A stretch of 63,724 nt of DNA, filler included, from Phoronis australis (Eukaryota; Animalia; Phoronida): NCBI GenBank assembly GCA_002633005.1. It is 7 parts of 7 records of this genome, joined end to end, with 100 filler letters (N's around TTAATTAATTAA, not from the genome) between each part and the next. Parts side by side here need not be neighbours in the genome. Positions count along the whole stretch, not along the records: positions 42,157 to 62,404 come from NMRA01001262.1; positions 62,505 to 63,724 come from NMRA01001622.1; 5 more parts are not named here. One strand, written 5' to 3'. The notes beneath the pieces are model-generated. The model did no database searches. It was not told the DNA's origin and worked only from the letters and a program-made list of their open reading frames with translations. The position numbers were made by a program, and so were the translations under genes. Positions 52,159 through 63,724 of the stretch are shown here, one piece after another. Positions within the stretch are counted from its first letter, which is position 1, and every line of letters starts with the position of its first letter.

Positions 52159-55100
52159 ATGGAGATCAGCTCTCACGTTCGTTTCTCGATATTCCTCGTC
52201 GTTGTTCTTCACAGCGCGTTCGTGGTTGACACAAAAGAGCTCGATGGGAAACACTACACGGAACACTTTCAAGACACCATAAAATCGACCAGTTTAAATC
52301 ATGCAGGAAGTCAAAAGGCGCTTCACCAGTTTCTCTCCTCCATTCCAGAACGGGAGTGGGCCCGTCTTGCTCAGGCCACCAGTGCGTACGGTAACCTTAG
52401 CAACTTTGTTTTGCAGGTTTTAGAAAACGCCACTGGAGTTTCAGGTGACTGTCTGGAGTCAACGTTACAAGTAGCGTGGGGACTGGCGCGGAAGGAGATG
52501 TGGGCATTCAAAGGTAAATGGGTGCTATGAAACAAAATGTCTTGACTCGTGCTCGCCATGTGCATCTATATCATAATCTGAATCTCAGGATTCGCTTGTA
52601 ATGTGATATTAAATGGGGTCACTCACGTCATCTCTGGCAATCATCTTTGAGCCCACTAATGGCCTACTCGTACATGTAGGTTGGCGATGGTTCCGCGTTA
52701 CTTCAACTATTGAAAATAACGTCGGCTTGGCATCATTCTGAATGCGTTCTATGTTTAGAACAAAACTAACTCAATGTGTGCAATGGAAACCAATCAAAGC
52801 CCGTCGATTGTAGGCAGGCTAAATGTTTTCTGTTTGTGAGATCTATTATCACGCTGTAGCCAGTGCAAATGCTTAGAAACCGTAAAACATTTGATTGACT
52901 AGAGAGACTGGCAATTCGGAAAATCGGGTACCATTTCTTGTTTTAAAGTGTGTATCACGCATTACAAGCAGTAGACAACTATGAAGTTTCTAACACCAAA
53001 GAAGGTGTTGCTTGTGTTGCAAGTGGCTTTTTCTACGGTACACGTTCATCTTGCTTCGTTATTCTCCCTTTGTATAGCAGAAGAAATGCATTGCGAACCT
53101 CGAGACCAACAATAGTTCATTTCGGGCGAAAAACAACAAAGTGGACATGTTATCAGCCGATGTAATCGCCAAAATGATCGCTCGTCACCAATGGGGTCAA
53201 TGCAGTTTTTTTTTTGTCTCCATTGCCTCTCTTTTTGTTTAGTTATTGATGCCTACGGGAAGATGCAGAGCTCTCTACTGCGTGACTTCCGGTCCTGGAG
53301 TCTTGGCTCGTACAGTGAATGCGTAGAACTCGATCAGAAGGAAATGAACCGGTCTATATTCAAAGGACAATGTTGCATCCTCGCCATACCATTCACGTTG
53401 CAGGCACACGTAAGTGCAGGGTAGGGCACAATTTTACATAGAAATTATCTTTCAATTTTTGTTTTTCGATTTCTCTTCGCGTTTGTTAATAACTTCATGC
53501 TGAGAATACCTGAAAGAACAATAGGCCTATATTCATCAACTGCAAACGTTTTATAAGGCTCGACAGTTTGGCGGTGCAGCAACAGAGCGATCGCCAAAGA
53601 TTACTAATTTGCTAATAGTGGTGTTGGTGATCAAATACCTTGGGCGCCCATCAGCCGGTTACCGATAAATACTTACAAATCCATTTGTTTTATTATAAGA
53701 AAGTGAACAATAGATGCGCCTATATACCGATATCTACATGTATGCGACAAGCATGAGCCCTAGTTTCCCGTGGGTACACGGCGGTAACTTGGTTAGTAAA
53801 ATCAGAGAGAAAACTGGCCACGTCTGACAACAACCATGTTTTTATTACCCAACGTCCTTAGCTACACCACACCAGAGACGCCAAGTGTCGAACAAGTACA
53901 CTAAACGCAATCAAGATACTGCATAGACCTTTTTCTGAATATGCGCACCCTATTTGGGGATTACTAATAATCTATATTTTACCGTACACTATTTTCCCGT
54001 TTCTACAGCAGTTATGTCAAATCGAGTACAAGTCTTGTCTTTCCAGCATCTTGTGTATAAAGAGGCGATGTGCACACCTAAAGCTTGCAACGCAACTGAG
54101 ATTTCTAGTTTGATCAAATTTTGTAAGTATTGTTTTTACGAGTAGTTATAGTTCTTTCCTTCCGTGAGGTTAGCGTCATCTTGCACGTAGAATCCTTGAG
54201 AATAGAGTTTCTACATCTAACCTGAGTCCATTGTTAAACGCTTGTACCTCAAACCTGTTTATTCCCGACATGGAGCAAGTGAGGCCACGTGTACAGCGAA
54301 GAAGGATGTTTCTTTATCTCGTAAGTTTTCCTACTGTACAACATTGTTTTGTGACCTCTATATCTTATCTAAACGTTTCTTTTTGACCACCAAACCGATC
54401 CGGAGCCTTCAACCAGGAAGCAATGAGAGAATTATGCGCATCACAATGCCGACTAATCACGTGGGATCACATGGCCTCTAAAAGACGAGGAGGCACTTGC
54501 ACATTCATTTGAAACAAGTAATTCTTATCAAGTTCACTCAAAAGGGAACCTTTACCAAGGCTTGCATGTTCCCTATGTCACCCGCTGCGCAAAAGAAGTA
54601 CTTCCTCTTCTAAGCGGGTGAAACTAAGCTTCTGCGATATCTGCTTTAGTTTCTCATAGGATGACATGTTCGCTTTTTCATTAGCACGTAGTTCAGAATC
54701 GAATGCCAACTGAGACAAGTTTTTTTGGCTTTCAATAGTTTTTACGGAAGTAAGCGAGTTGATCCGGCTACCCTTTAACGCGAAGTCACCGGTCTTCCAT
54801 CCTGCCGTCTACTGTCAGAATCCGGATCGCCTTTACGACGGCAAGGCCGTGGGAGCCATGTGAGTTGTTACGACATATCATTTTATAGATGTTTCCTATC
54901 TTCATACAGCCTACATGTAGAGGAAGGTTGAGTCACTCTGATAAGTGAACATTCCTCTTGTCACAATACGTGAGTGCATAAATGTAGCATTTGAGGTTTT
55001 CTCTCAAAACAGGCCTACTTACATGTATATACATTTTGTAGATTTCAAGACAAAGAATTTAGAAACCCATCTTGAATTGGTCAGAATGATCTGTTTGAGG

Positions 55101-58100
55101 CCGAAATCGTTCACTCACATAGTATGTAATGGGTCAAGAAACGGACCTCTCACAAAACACATGAGGATTTTTGCTACATATTCGTGAGCTTAGCCCATAA
55201 TTTTACTTTAAGCAAGCGATTCATTAATTACATGTGTTAGTCCCCTGCACAAGACACAGTATCGTATCCCAAACCTGCAACCTCAATATGTAACTTATTC
55301 CGTTCTGCCTCAGCGTGGTATTAGCTATATTCCTCTTTGCTATCACCATGGCCACGTTGTACGATCTCTTCAATAACACCCAAAAGTCTGATTGTAATGA
55401 CGGCGACGTGGAGCTGATTTTGAAAGAAAAGACTTACTCGGGTAAGTAATTCAACTTCCCTACCGCGTTGAAACCATCAATCCAGTAATCTCCACTATAC
55501 GGCTGTCGGTCTGTATATGGGAGCCGGCTTATTTGAAAACGATACATCTGTGACTTTTTTCGCTGTCACGGTGCCTTCCTTTGTACATGAACACCTCATG
55601 CAAACGATGCCACGAACGTGTAGTTTGAGACCTCGGTCTAGCTCTATATTTTTATTTGAGTATTATAGTTTTAACTATCAGCCGTCATCGGTGTAGCCCC
55701 TAATTGCATCTAGAAAATCCCATGCAACAGTTACTGAATGCTTACCAAGTTTGTCGTTTATTGGAAGGCTTGAACTCTAGTTCGTCTAAGCACGTGAATT
55801 ATTCTGGAGCTAGCTACAAAATACCGTATAGCAGGTAAGCAGACAACAGACAGCAAGTGTAGAATATCAATAATTAGGCCAACCCATCTGAATGGAACAC
55901 TATTTTCGGCAAGGTTAATTGAAAAAATGTTCCAATCAATCTTAAACGCCTATAATGGTTTCAGGTTGCTGCGACAAGATTATGCTGTCATTCTCCGCTT
56001 ACAACAATCTACGTAAAATCATGGGAACGAGCCAACCAGATAGCGCGTTAACTTGCTTGAACGGCATACGCTTTCTGAGTATGTCATGGGTTATTCTTGG
56101 ACACACGCTCGCTTTGTCAACTCTTCCCATCCTTGCTATAGGTAATTCTGTATTTAAGTTGAAAAAGAAACACTAACTAACCTATTGAGACACGTTGTCG
56201 GCGTTCGACTGACTTGATGATTTGTCACTTGGGCGTTCTGCGGTAAAGAGCATTAATAATCCAGCTTTCCATGTCAAAAGGTTTCGATTTGGACTACTTT
56301 TAATTGTTGCCATCAAATTAGGCGTGAGTTCAGAGTTTTGAAAGATCGAGCAGTTCGTTCTTGCCTGAGAACTGGGTCCACAAATTGGGTTATGGTGGCG
56401 TTTTATACGCCAACCATGGTGTCTAGAAAGGAGGAACCGCGGTTCTTTGCAAGCCCTTGAATCCCTTCTTATCTGAGTAAGGAGAAATCTGTCGTCAATT
56501 TTGAAGCGGCAATATGTTCCTCCTTGTGTAATCGCTAGTTTATAGGCGCTTTAAACATTAATTTTTGAAGTATTTTTTGGAAGTGACACATTAAAAAAAA
56601 TTTAAATGAATGTCTCTAGTCTCCATTCTTGTGGGAAACCTTGGAATGTATTTGCATCTAACAAAATCGATGTCAAATATCTTCTGTTTCTCGATTTGTC
56701 ACTTACACCAGCACCTGGCTGCAAATCTCCAGTCTTCCTCAAGCTTACATTTCCTTGTAATGCAGTTCTTTTCTCCTGGGTGTGAGATTTTCCTCTAGAC
56801 TACAAAATTGCACAAGAGGACTTGAAGTTCTATCTCAAGTGCGCAACAAACCCCGTGTCAAACGTAAAAAGTGTAGCATGATGAACAAATGCAGTTTAGA
56901 GTAATCTTCAACATTAACAGTGAGAATTGGACATGATTGAGAGTAATATGTGTGCCGTGTCGTGTTTTGTTACAAAATTGCTGTTGCAGCCTGATCAGAG
57001 TGATCAATTTACACAGAACTCAGTTTGTGAGCACCCGAATTGTAGTGTATGAGAAAATAGTTATAAGATAATGAGATATTGACGAGAACGCCCATATATG
57101 TATGGAGCATGAATTAAAATATCAGGGGTCTAGCATGTGCAGCAGTAAACGTTCAAACGCTGAGTTAGGTCAAAACTGGTCTGAATGGTCAGTTTTGTTT
57201 AGCCAGTGTTAAAACTTCAGAAGAAAACGGCACGTATTCAAAATGCAACCTTGAATTTCCATCAGCATCAGTTTAAATCTGAATCGTAGTTACCAATGAA
57301 ACACATGCATTAGTATTTCAACAAGCACAGTACTAATTGTCATAAAAGATCGATTTGCGCTTCGTACCATTAGTTACGTGTAGCTGGGTATTCTCCCCTT
57401 CCCCGGTTATCACACCCAACGTTCGTTTCCTGTTGCAAGTTGATACTTCCAGGTAATTTGGGCGATGTACCACTAATTCTTCAGAGATGGGCGACGACTG
57501 GAATCGCTAATGCGACAGTAAGCGTGGACACATTCTTCGTTCTGAGGTATGTGCGTGCGTACGTTGTCGCAATTAGAGGAAACAGTAGTATTAAAAGGTA
57601 TTAATGTAAGCTCTGCGAAAATGTCAGTCTGCACTGTATACCCCGGTACTTTACCAGAAATAAGGCTAAGCGCGAGCGCGTGCATGTTTGTGTCAAAGCA
57701 ATGTCTTAAAATCAAGCTTTTATTGACTACGCCTTTTAAAAGTAGTCCACGATCGACCAATACAGTATACAAACTGTACCTGAACTGTTTACATGTACAT
57801 GTATTTCAACTGCCAGACATGATGCACTAAGTTTAATAAAGGAGTTACAAGGCTACAGTATTAAGAGTGGTATATGTTCCCACTATACATCCGCTTCTTC
57901 ATATTTTTGTGGCGATTGCCGCTTCATACAGCAACTGTAGTTACGGTGCCGTAGCTATTTCCAAAGCTTACCTTGTCTTCCTTATCTATGCAAGTGTTTT
58001 GAGCAGTGCACTTGTAAATTTCATAACATCTTTCGCTGGAAAGTTAGTCTAATAGCGGATTTGCAGCGCAAAAGAACTACGCATTGCGCATGTACGAGTT

Positions 58101-61100
58101 ACTTCCTGCGCGATGGCTCATGGGATAGCTTGTGGTCAGGCATGTCTTGAGTAGGCTGGATAGTGTGTGCATTTGGAGTGATTTGCAAACTAAAAACCAT
58201 GTTTCATTTTTTGCTTTATAATACCAAGCAAGTCCTCTCTCTCGTTTGTAAACACAGTGTAGCTATGATCAGTGACCGTGTGACCGAGGGCACGACTGTC
58301 GTCATGTTCAGTATTGGGGCTATCGGCGTTGATTTCGAAATCTCCTCCGGTTTCAGACACGTTGAGAGTTCTTGGGTTGCTTAACTTTCGTAGCTTTCGC
58401 CGTGGATATGCTAGAGGCGTTAATTTTAAGAGGAAACTCCGTCGGAATGTTGTTCTCATACGTCTTTTTTCCACAAGGAAAATGTTCTGCACACACGATG
58501 GTCCTCCCAAAAGTTACTCATTTCAAAATACAGCAAATAAAATCAAATGAACCATACATATAGGAACACGGAGTTTTAATTTTAATTGTGTTAAAACACA
58601 TACCACGACTCTGGATACAATTTAGTCAGCAAAACTTGAACAAATCGATGAAAATCTGTCGCGGTTTGCTCGAGTTTCTCTGAGTTACCGGGTGCCATTT
58701 TGAGGAAGTTACGTGAAATTACGCATGTTGACGAATAAAAAGTCCAAGGGACACACATCTTACAAGTTTCACCCGATACCTTCTCATGCTATTTTAAAAG
58801 TGTCGCGCAATAGCGTCACGCGCTATCGTCACGCGCTTGCAGTCTCGCCCAACTCACGTGATTCAGTTGACATGCTTTGTGGTTATCGCGCACGTGGTGA
58901 CAAAATTAACGGCAACCAAAAAAATGGAGTTGTAATTCTTCGTCAAAGTCAACTTAATTCTCACAACTACCCTTCATCAAAGATATGTATAAAAGTAGAA
59001 AGGACCAATGATGAAAGTAAGCTTTTTTAAATGATAGTTTTAAGAGTAGAATGTATTTTTGACGAGGTGAAAACTCGAAATCGGTAACCCAAATCCGGTC
59101 ACGGCCCGTTTAAAATACACTGAAGTAACGAAATGAGTACAGAAAGCGAATGAAAGTATTGTAGCCCCTTTATGTCCAACCGAGGGGCTACGTGTTGCCT
59201 ACTAGATGGCCCCGCGTTGGTTTGAATGCGCTAAATCTCCTAATGATGTTTATCCATTTTTCACGAAGTTCTTGGTTTGCAGGGAACACATAAAAACTCA
59301 GATTTTTATCTCTCTTGTTGTTTTTGAAGCAGCCAGGAACACAACAAGTGTATCCGCCGTAAGTTTTCTTCGCGCTCATACCGTGTATTATGCTTGTTAC
59401 TATGGCCGCTTTCGGAATCCTGACCACAGCACCCACAATGCACCATTTTAACCTAATTCCAATATGGCGTCGCTGCAAATCCGCTATTGATCATGTATGC
59501 AGTCTGTGATTGATGAGGCAGCTTTCCATTGCAGTGGCCTTCTCGTTTCCTACCTCTGTCTTAAGGAACTTGACAAAATGAAGAAGGCGTCGTTGATGAG
59601 TCACGTTAAGTTCTGGTTGATGTATTACGTTCATCGATATTTAAGGTAAATGGGCACGAGTGATGTTTCATTTTTGTAGTTGCTCACACGCTCGTGGATC
59701 AGTCGCGGTACCTGTAGCTCATACACGTATGTTGAATTATCATAAATTTTATGGAAGGCATGTAATAAAAACAAAATATTCCGTTATCAAAATTTCAGTT
59801 AAAGTCTTTTTCATCAATTTTATTCGTAGATAAATCTTTGGGCGGGTACTAATCGAATTTAAGGGCGCAAGTACAGAGAAAGCAATTGATCGACTTGCGA
59901 TGTTGTACAGAACGATTAGACGTTGACGTAATTATACATTAGCCCAAGACTTCTAAGTTTCCATACCGAGCTGCATCAAGCTTCGCATAGTTCTTCTATG
60001 AATCATTTATCTACAAAGCCTGGGTCTTTAGCTTTTGTATTACGATGTTCATGATGTCAAAGATGACTTGCCGAGTAGTGGGTACTATAAATATGTGCAA
60101 ACAATTGTTTGACATTTTGGGATAAGAATTGCTGACATCTGTGATCTAATATTGCTAAAATGGTCCACACATATCATGTGCGAACGAATTAGGAGCAATC
60201 CAGGTGGGTCTGGCCATCCCCAATACCACATTGTATGATTCGCTTATATATTGTTGTTTATTTACAGGCTGACTCCAGCTTACATGTTGGTACTCATGGT
60301 CTACTATTGTCTGCTCCCGTACATGGGCTACGGGCCGCTGTGGAAGGAAGACTTCGACCCAGCCTGTAAAAGCAACTGGTGGACAAATCTTCTGTATATC
60401 AATAACGTAGTTTCTTCNNNNNNNNNNNNNNNNNNNNNNNNNNNNNNNNNNNNNNNNNNNNNNNNNNNNNNNNNNNNNNNNNNNNNNNNNNNNNNNNNNN
60501 NNNNNNNNNNNNNNNNNNNNNNNNNNNNNNNNNNNNNNNNNNNNNNNNNNNNNNNNNNNNNNNNNNNNNNNNNNNNNNNNNNNNNNNNNNNNNNNNNNNN
60601 NNNNNNNNNNNNNNNNNNNNNNNNNNNNNNNNNNNNNNNNNNNNNNNNNNNNNNNNNNNNNNNNNNNNNNNNNNNNNNNNNNNNNNNNNNNNNNNNNNNN
60701 NNNNNNNNNNNNNNNNNNNNNNNNNNNNNNNNNNNNNNNNNNNNNNNNNNNGAGATAAGGTTATAAGGTTTACAAGAACGGTAAAGGTACATGTATGCAT
60801 TAAATCCTTATTAAGTACTTGGCGTAGGAATATTATTTCAAATAACATTAGGTGAGCTAATTAACTCAATAGATGACAGGAGTCTAGTTGTATATATATA
60901 TTTTTAGTAGTATATGGTGCAGGTGATCCGCCCAAATTATACGTCGCTTCTTAAAATGTCCAAATCGTGTCTCAAATTTCTACGAAGTGCATGCATCATT
61001 TACGTTGTATGTAGAAAGGTCAATGGTTGGACATGTACAAGCAGCCAGGGTACATTAAACGTTCTGGACGACGTGTTTGGCGAGATTTCGCAATTCTCAC

Positions 61101-62230
61101 CAGTCTAACACATGGTCTTTCCATGGGCCATCTTGCACGTAACCTTGCTACTAAAAGACCGCCAACTGAAAGCGTTAAGATCGCTAAATCGGATTGTGGA
61201 GTTACGGAAGACAAGGGTACGTAAACACTCAACGTGACTTGACACATTTGGGGCATGTTTCAACAATTAAAAGCATGATGCTGGAAGAAGTTTGTACGGC
61301 GTTTGTTGTTCTGTTGCAGTGCATGGCATGGTCATGGTACCTTGCAAATGACATGCAGTTCTACGTCATTGCTCCTCTAATGGTCTTGCCTTTGTTCAAG
61401 TAAGTTTAAGAAATTGGAAAATTCGCTCAACAAAAATGCCATATCTGCCGCCAAGCTTGTGAAACTTAAAATGATACCAAATCCGGTGTTCTCTTGCTAA
61501 CAGATATTGAACATTACTTTCCCATACAATTCTTAAAAAGAAAATAGTGCTTTGTGACCTCGACAACTCTCGCATTTTGGAGGAAAACCTGAAAACTTCG
61601 TACAGAGTTTGCTAAATGGACAAGCGTGACATACTGTACCCTTTAGGCGAGTTACATGTACACAATCAACCACCAATAATATAATCTTTTTGTGGTTCAG
61701 AGACTGTACATTTTTCCTTGAATCCTGCTATTTAATATCGAAGTGGGACACCAGTGACGCATTAGCAGGTGACAGAACCAGGATTGGTTGAAACCACCAA
61801 AACAGGGTTTGGTATCCTTTCAAGCTCTACACTTTCATAGCCGTAAGGAGCCCTAGTACCGGTTTTCCAATGGACTTACAAACATACCTTCTCTTACAAA
61901 CATGTATGTCCCTTAATGTATAATTCGTTTATATTCAACAAGCAAAACATGGAAATCTCTCAGAGCCATTCCTGTGAATTCCACCGCCCTGTGTCCATAG
62001 CTTACATTTATGATATTTGTTTTTTTTTGCGTTCTAAGCCATATAAACAGACCTGTATTATGATTTGGAACTAGTTGGACCGACGTTACGTTACGTTGCA
62101 CTTACAGGTCTGGTCTTTTGGGAACAATGATAGTGGCTGTAGTTGCTATTTCTTCGGTAGTATCGAGAGGTATCATCTCTGACAAAAACGGGTTTGGCCC
62201 AGGAGGATTCTACGCGCCTTCCGATCACAG
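52159..62230 (+). CDS. NRF-6 / O-acyltransferase-like (OACYL) paralog B, 5' end and most of the acyltransferase domain
   Basis: ATG 52159 with signal peptide. In-phase exons 52159-52513 (VSGDCLE..EMWAFK), 53243-53409 (IDAYGK..LGSYSECV, NRF domain), 54047-54122 (MCTPKACN), 54739-54859, 55314-55441, 55965-56141 (CLNGIRFLSMSWVILGH), 57453-57546 (NATVSVDTFFVLS), 59535-59645, 60268->60417 (runs into gap), 61320-61399 (CMAWSWYLANDMQFY) and 62108-62230. Shared exons have the same intron positions as paralog A. Confidence 0.95.
58190..59379 (-). pseudogene. Split, frameshifted THAP-domain gene
   Basis: N-half 59379-59206 reads MSAKKTYGGYTCCVPGC..FYVFP..REKWINIIRR..PTRGH. C-half from ~58500 reads VCAEHFPCGKKTYENNIPT. 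A downstream frame contains DHSY (HCF-1-binding-type [DE]HxY motif) near 58259-58270. Confidence 0.8.
58502..59204. mobile_element. Nested insertion interrupting the THAP domain; dispersed repeat
   Basis: Flanked by GATGG at 58497-58501 and 59205-59209. 58636-59201 is clearly homologous to 40207-40642. Ends in the hairpin GTAGCCCCT..AGGGGCTAC followed by GTGTTGCCTA. Confidence 0.75.
61470..61819. mobile_element. Kolobok-like MITE, second copy in opposite orientation
   Basis: TTAA|AATGATACCAAATCCGG..GGGTTTGGTATCCTT|TCAA; interior 61545-61660 matches the reverse complement of 43740-43858. Confidence 0.7.
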
Positions 62231-62332
62231 GTAAATTAAATGTTTTTGTTGCTAATAACACCAGCACATCGACATTGATGACATCGCATTTGACTCATAA
62301 ACATCCCGTCATCCTTGTGTAAATGAAAACAC

Positions 62333-62404
62333 AATAGCGGAGTTGCAACCGAATCGATTTAACGATTGCGCATGTCCGGAAATTAGGGTGCGCAAAGGCT
62401 ACTG
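62333..62404. mobile_element. Left end of an element related to 58051-59488, truncated by gap
   Basis: AATAGCGGAGTTGCAACC followed by ATTGCGCATGT, matching the 58051 terminus AATAGCGGATTTGCAGCG..ATTGCGCATGT. Confidence 0.6.
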
Positions 62405-63020
62405 NNNNNNNNNNNNNNNNNNNNNNNNNNNNNNNNNNNNNNNNNNNNTTAATTAATTAANNNNNNNNNNNNNNNNNNNNNNNNNNNNNNNNNNNNNNNN
62501 NNNNGCGCACAATGATTTTTCAGAACTGTCGGATATTATTGATAAATTGAATACATTTACTGTAGAATTTTAGAACTGTGAGGTAAGACATTTTTCGCAC
62601 TGATATATACACATTCATGGACTGGGCGCTTATTTTAGCGAAGTCTGAAAACGAGTGGGGACGCTTATAGGGGTATGGGCGCTTATTAGGACGAATGTTA
62701 TAAAAATTATTTTGGCTAAAATGACATTGTACATTACAATAAGAAATCAGTTCCAAGAAATATGGTATTACATTTGCTATGAGCACATGGACCGGTCTTC
62801 CACCTTTCTCCCCTTTTCTTCGTTTCGGACTAGTCCACAAATTCTTTGTGCACGACCACACACTGTGTTTTTTGACGAATCGCGTAACGAGTGACATGTA
62901 CTGAATCGATAGGGTCGCACTGCGTCGATGTTTTTTACTGCCGCAGCATCGACACGATGACCAAACTGAACCTTAAATTCATGACAAAAACAGCACAAGG
63001 AGGAGGAAAATTATTCATAT

Positions 63021-63218
63021 TCATCTGGGAAACGATATATAGTGCTTTTGCGCTCTGAAATTCGCTCGCCACCGGGCGACCGGCAAGTCAACTTCTACTC
63101 GCCCAGCACCATTTTTACTCGCATTGGCGACTGAGCGAGTGGCTAAGTATATCCCTGGGAAAGATACCGACGAGTTATTCCTGGAATTGGTACATTCAGG
63201 CACTGCACAGTACACCAT
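63021..63218 (-). pseudogene. Degenerate THAP-domain remnant
   Basis: MVYCAVPECTNSRNNSSVSF is a typical THAP N-terminus; the downstream part is degraded (..RAQKHY). Confidence 0.6.
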
Positions 63219-63724
63219 GGCCAGCTGATGATCACTCACGAGGGTTTATCATTGTGCCTCGTTTTCGATCAGTATTTAAAGATGGCGCGGGAAGATGGCG
63301 CTTTCGTGAAATAGGTGAATGACAGCCTTTCTACAAAATTGTGGTGTATTGCTATCAACCTCCGTTGTTAAATTACGATAATGTTTCAAAAAATTGTGCT
63401 CATCACAGGGCGAAAACTTGCCGACTGATGCGTCGCTGAATTGCGATCGTCAATAGGAAAACTTGTACTCTTGAATAAAAATATAGTTTCGACTCAACAA
63501 ATTACCTGAAATCTTCCTGATGTTTTACAATTTTTAAAGTTCATGTGTAGTCAAGATTAATTGCGATTAAGTCCAAATGTGCGCTACATCGTACTCCACA
63601 ACACGAGAAAAATCTCTTGATGAACACACATGTTGTTGTCACGTGACATTTGTTTTGAAGGTCGTCTGCGTATGAGAGTGAGTGAGCATGCGTGTGCGGG
63701 TCATCGACGATAGACTTTTTTGTT

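Larger units (their letters stand above)
58051..59488 (-). mobile_element. Non-autonomous THAP-bearing DNA transposon (ISL2EU/PHIS-like) in an OACYL-B intron
   Basis: Perfect 18-bp inverted repeat AATAGCGGATTTGCAGCG (58051-58068) / CGCTGCAAATCCGCTATT (59471-59488), compatible with AGCGG..CCGCT ends plus an AT TSD. It encloses a disrupted THAP reading frame. The superfamily call is inference. Confidence 0.8.

Overview
AT-rich, intron-containing animal DNA, probably a marine invertebrate (inference from gene and repeat content). It is a draft assembly in which contigs are joined by 100-bp N/TTAATTAATTAA/N linkers. Most short ORFs in the track are spurious; the real coding content is spliced exons with GT-AG borders and consistent phases. 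These are: partial NUFIP1 (-, 17.1-25.1 kb), a partial armadillo-like repeat gene (-, 28.9-33.1 kb), exon 1 of a peripherin-2/ROM1-like tetraspanin (-, 42.2-42.8 kb), and a head-to-head pair of NRF-6/OACYL (acyltransferase_3) paralogs (-, 43.3-50.4 kb; +, 52.2->62.2 kb). The rest is dominated by non-autonomous DNA transposons: five or six THAP-domain remnants, all on the minus strand; an ISL2EU-like element whose THAP domain is split by a nested insertion; a long-TIR foldback element with a 9-bp TSD; Kolobok-, Harbinger- and HINE/Helentron-like MITEs; and TE-associated minisatellites. I see no CRISPR array, RNA gene or intact transposase, and I cannot support a claim of a new biological system. 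The best leads are the TE architecture (THAP-only elements, a TAGGCAA+hairpin terminus family) and the peripherin-like exon abutting an apparently incomplete OACYL copy.
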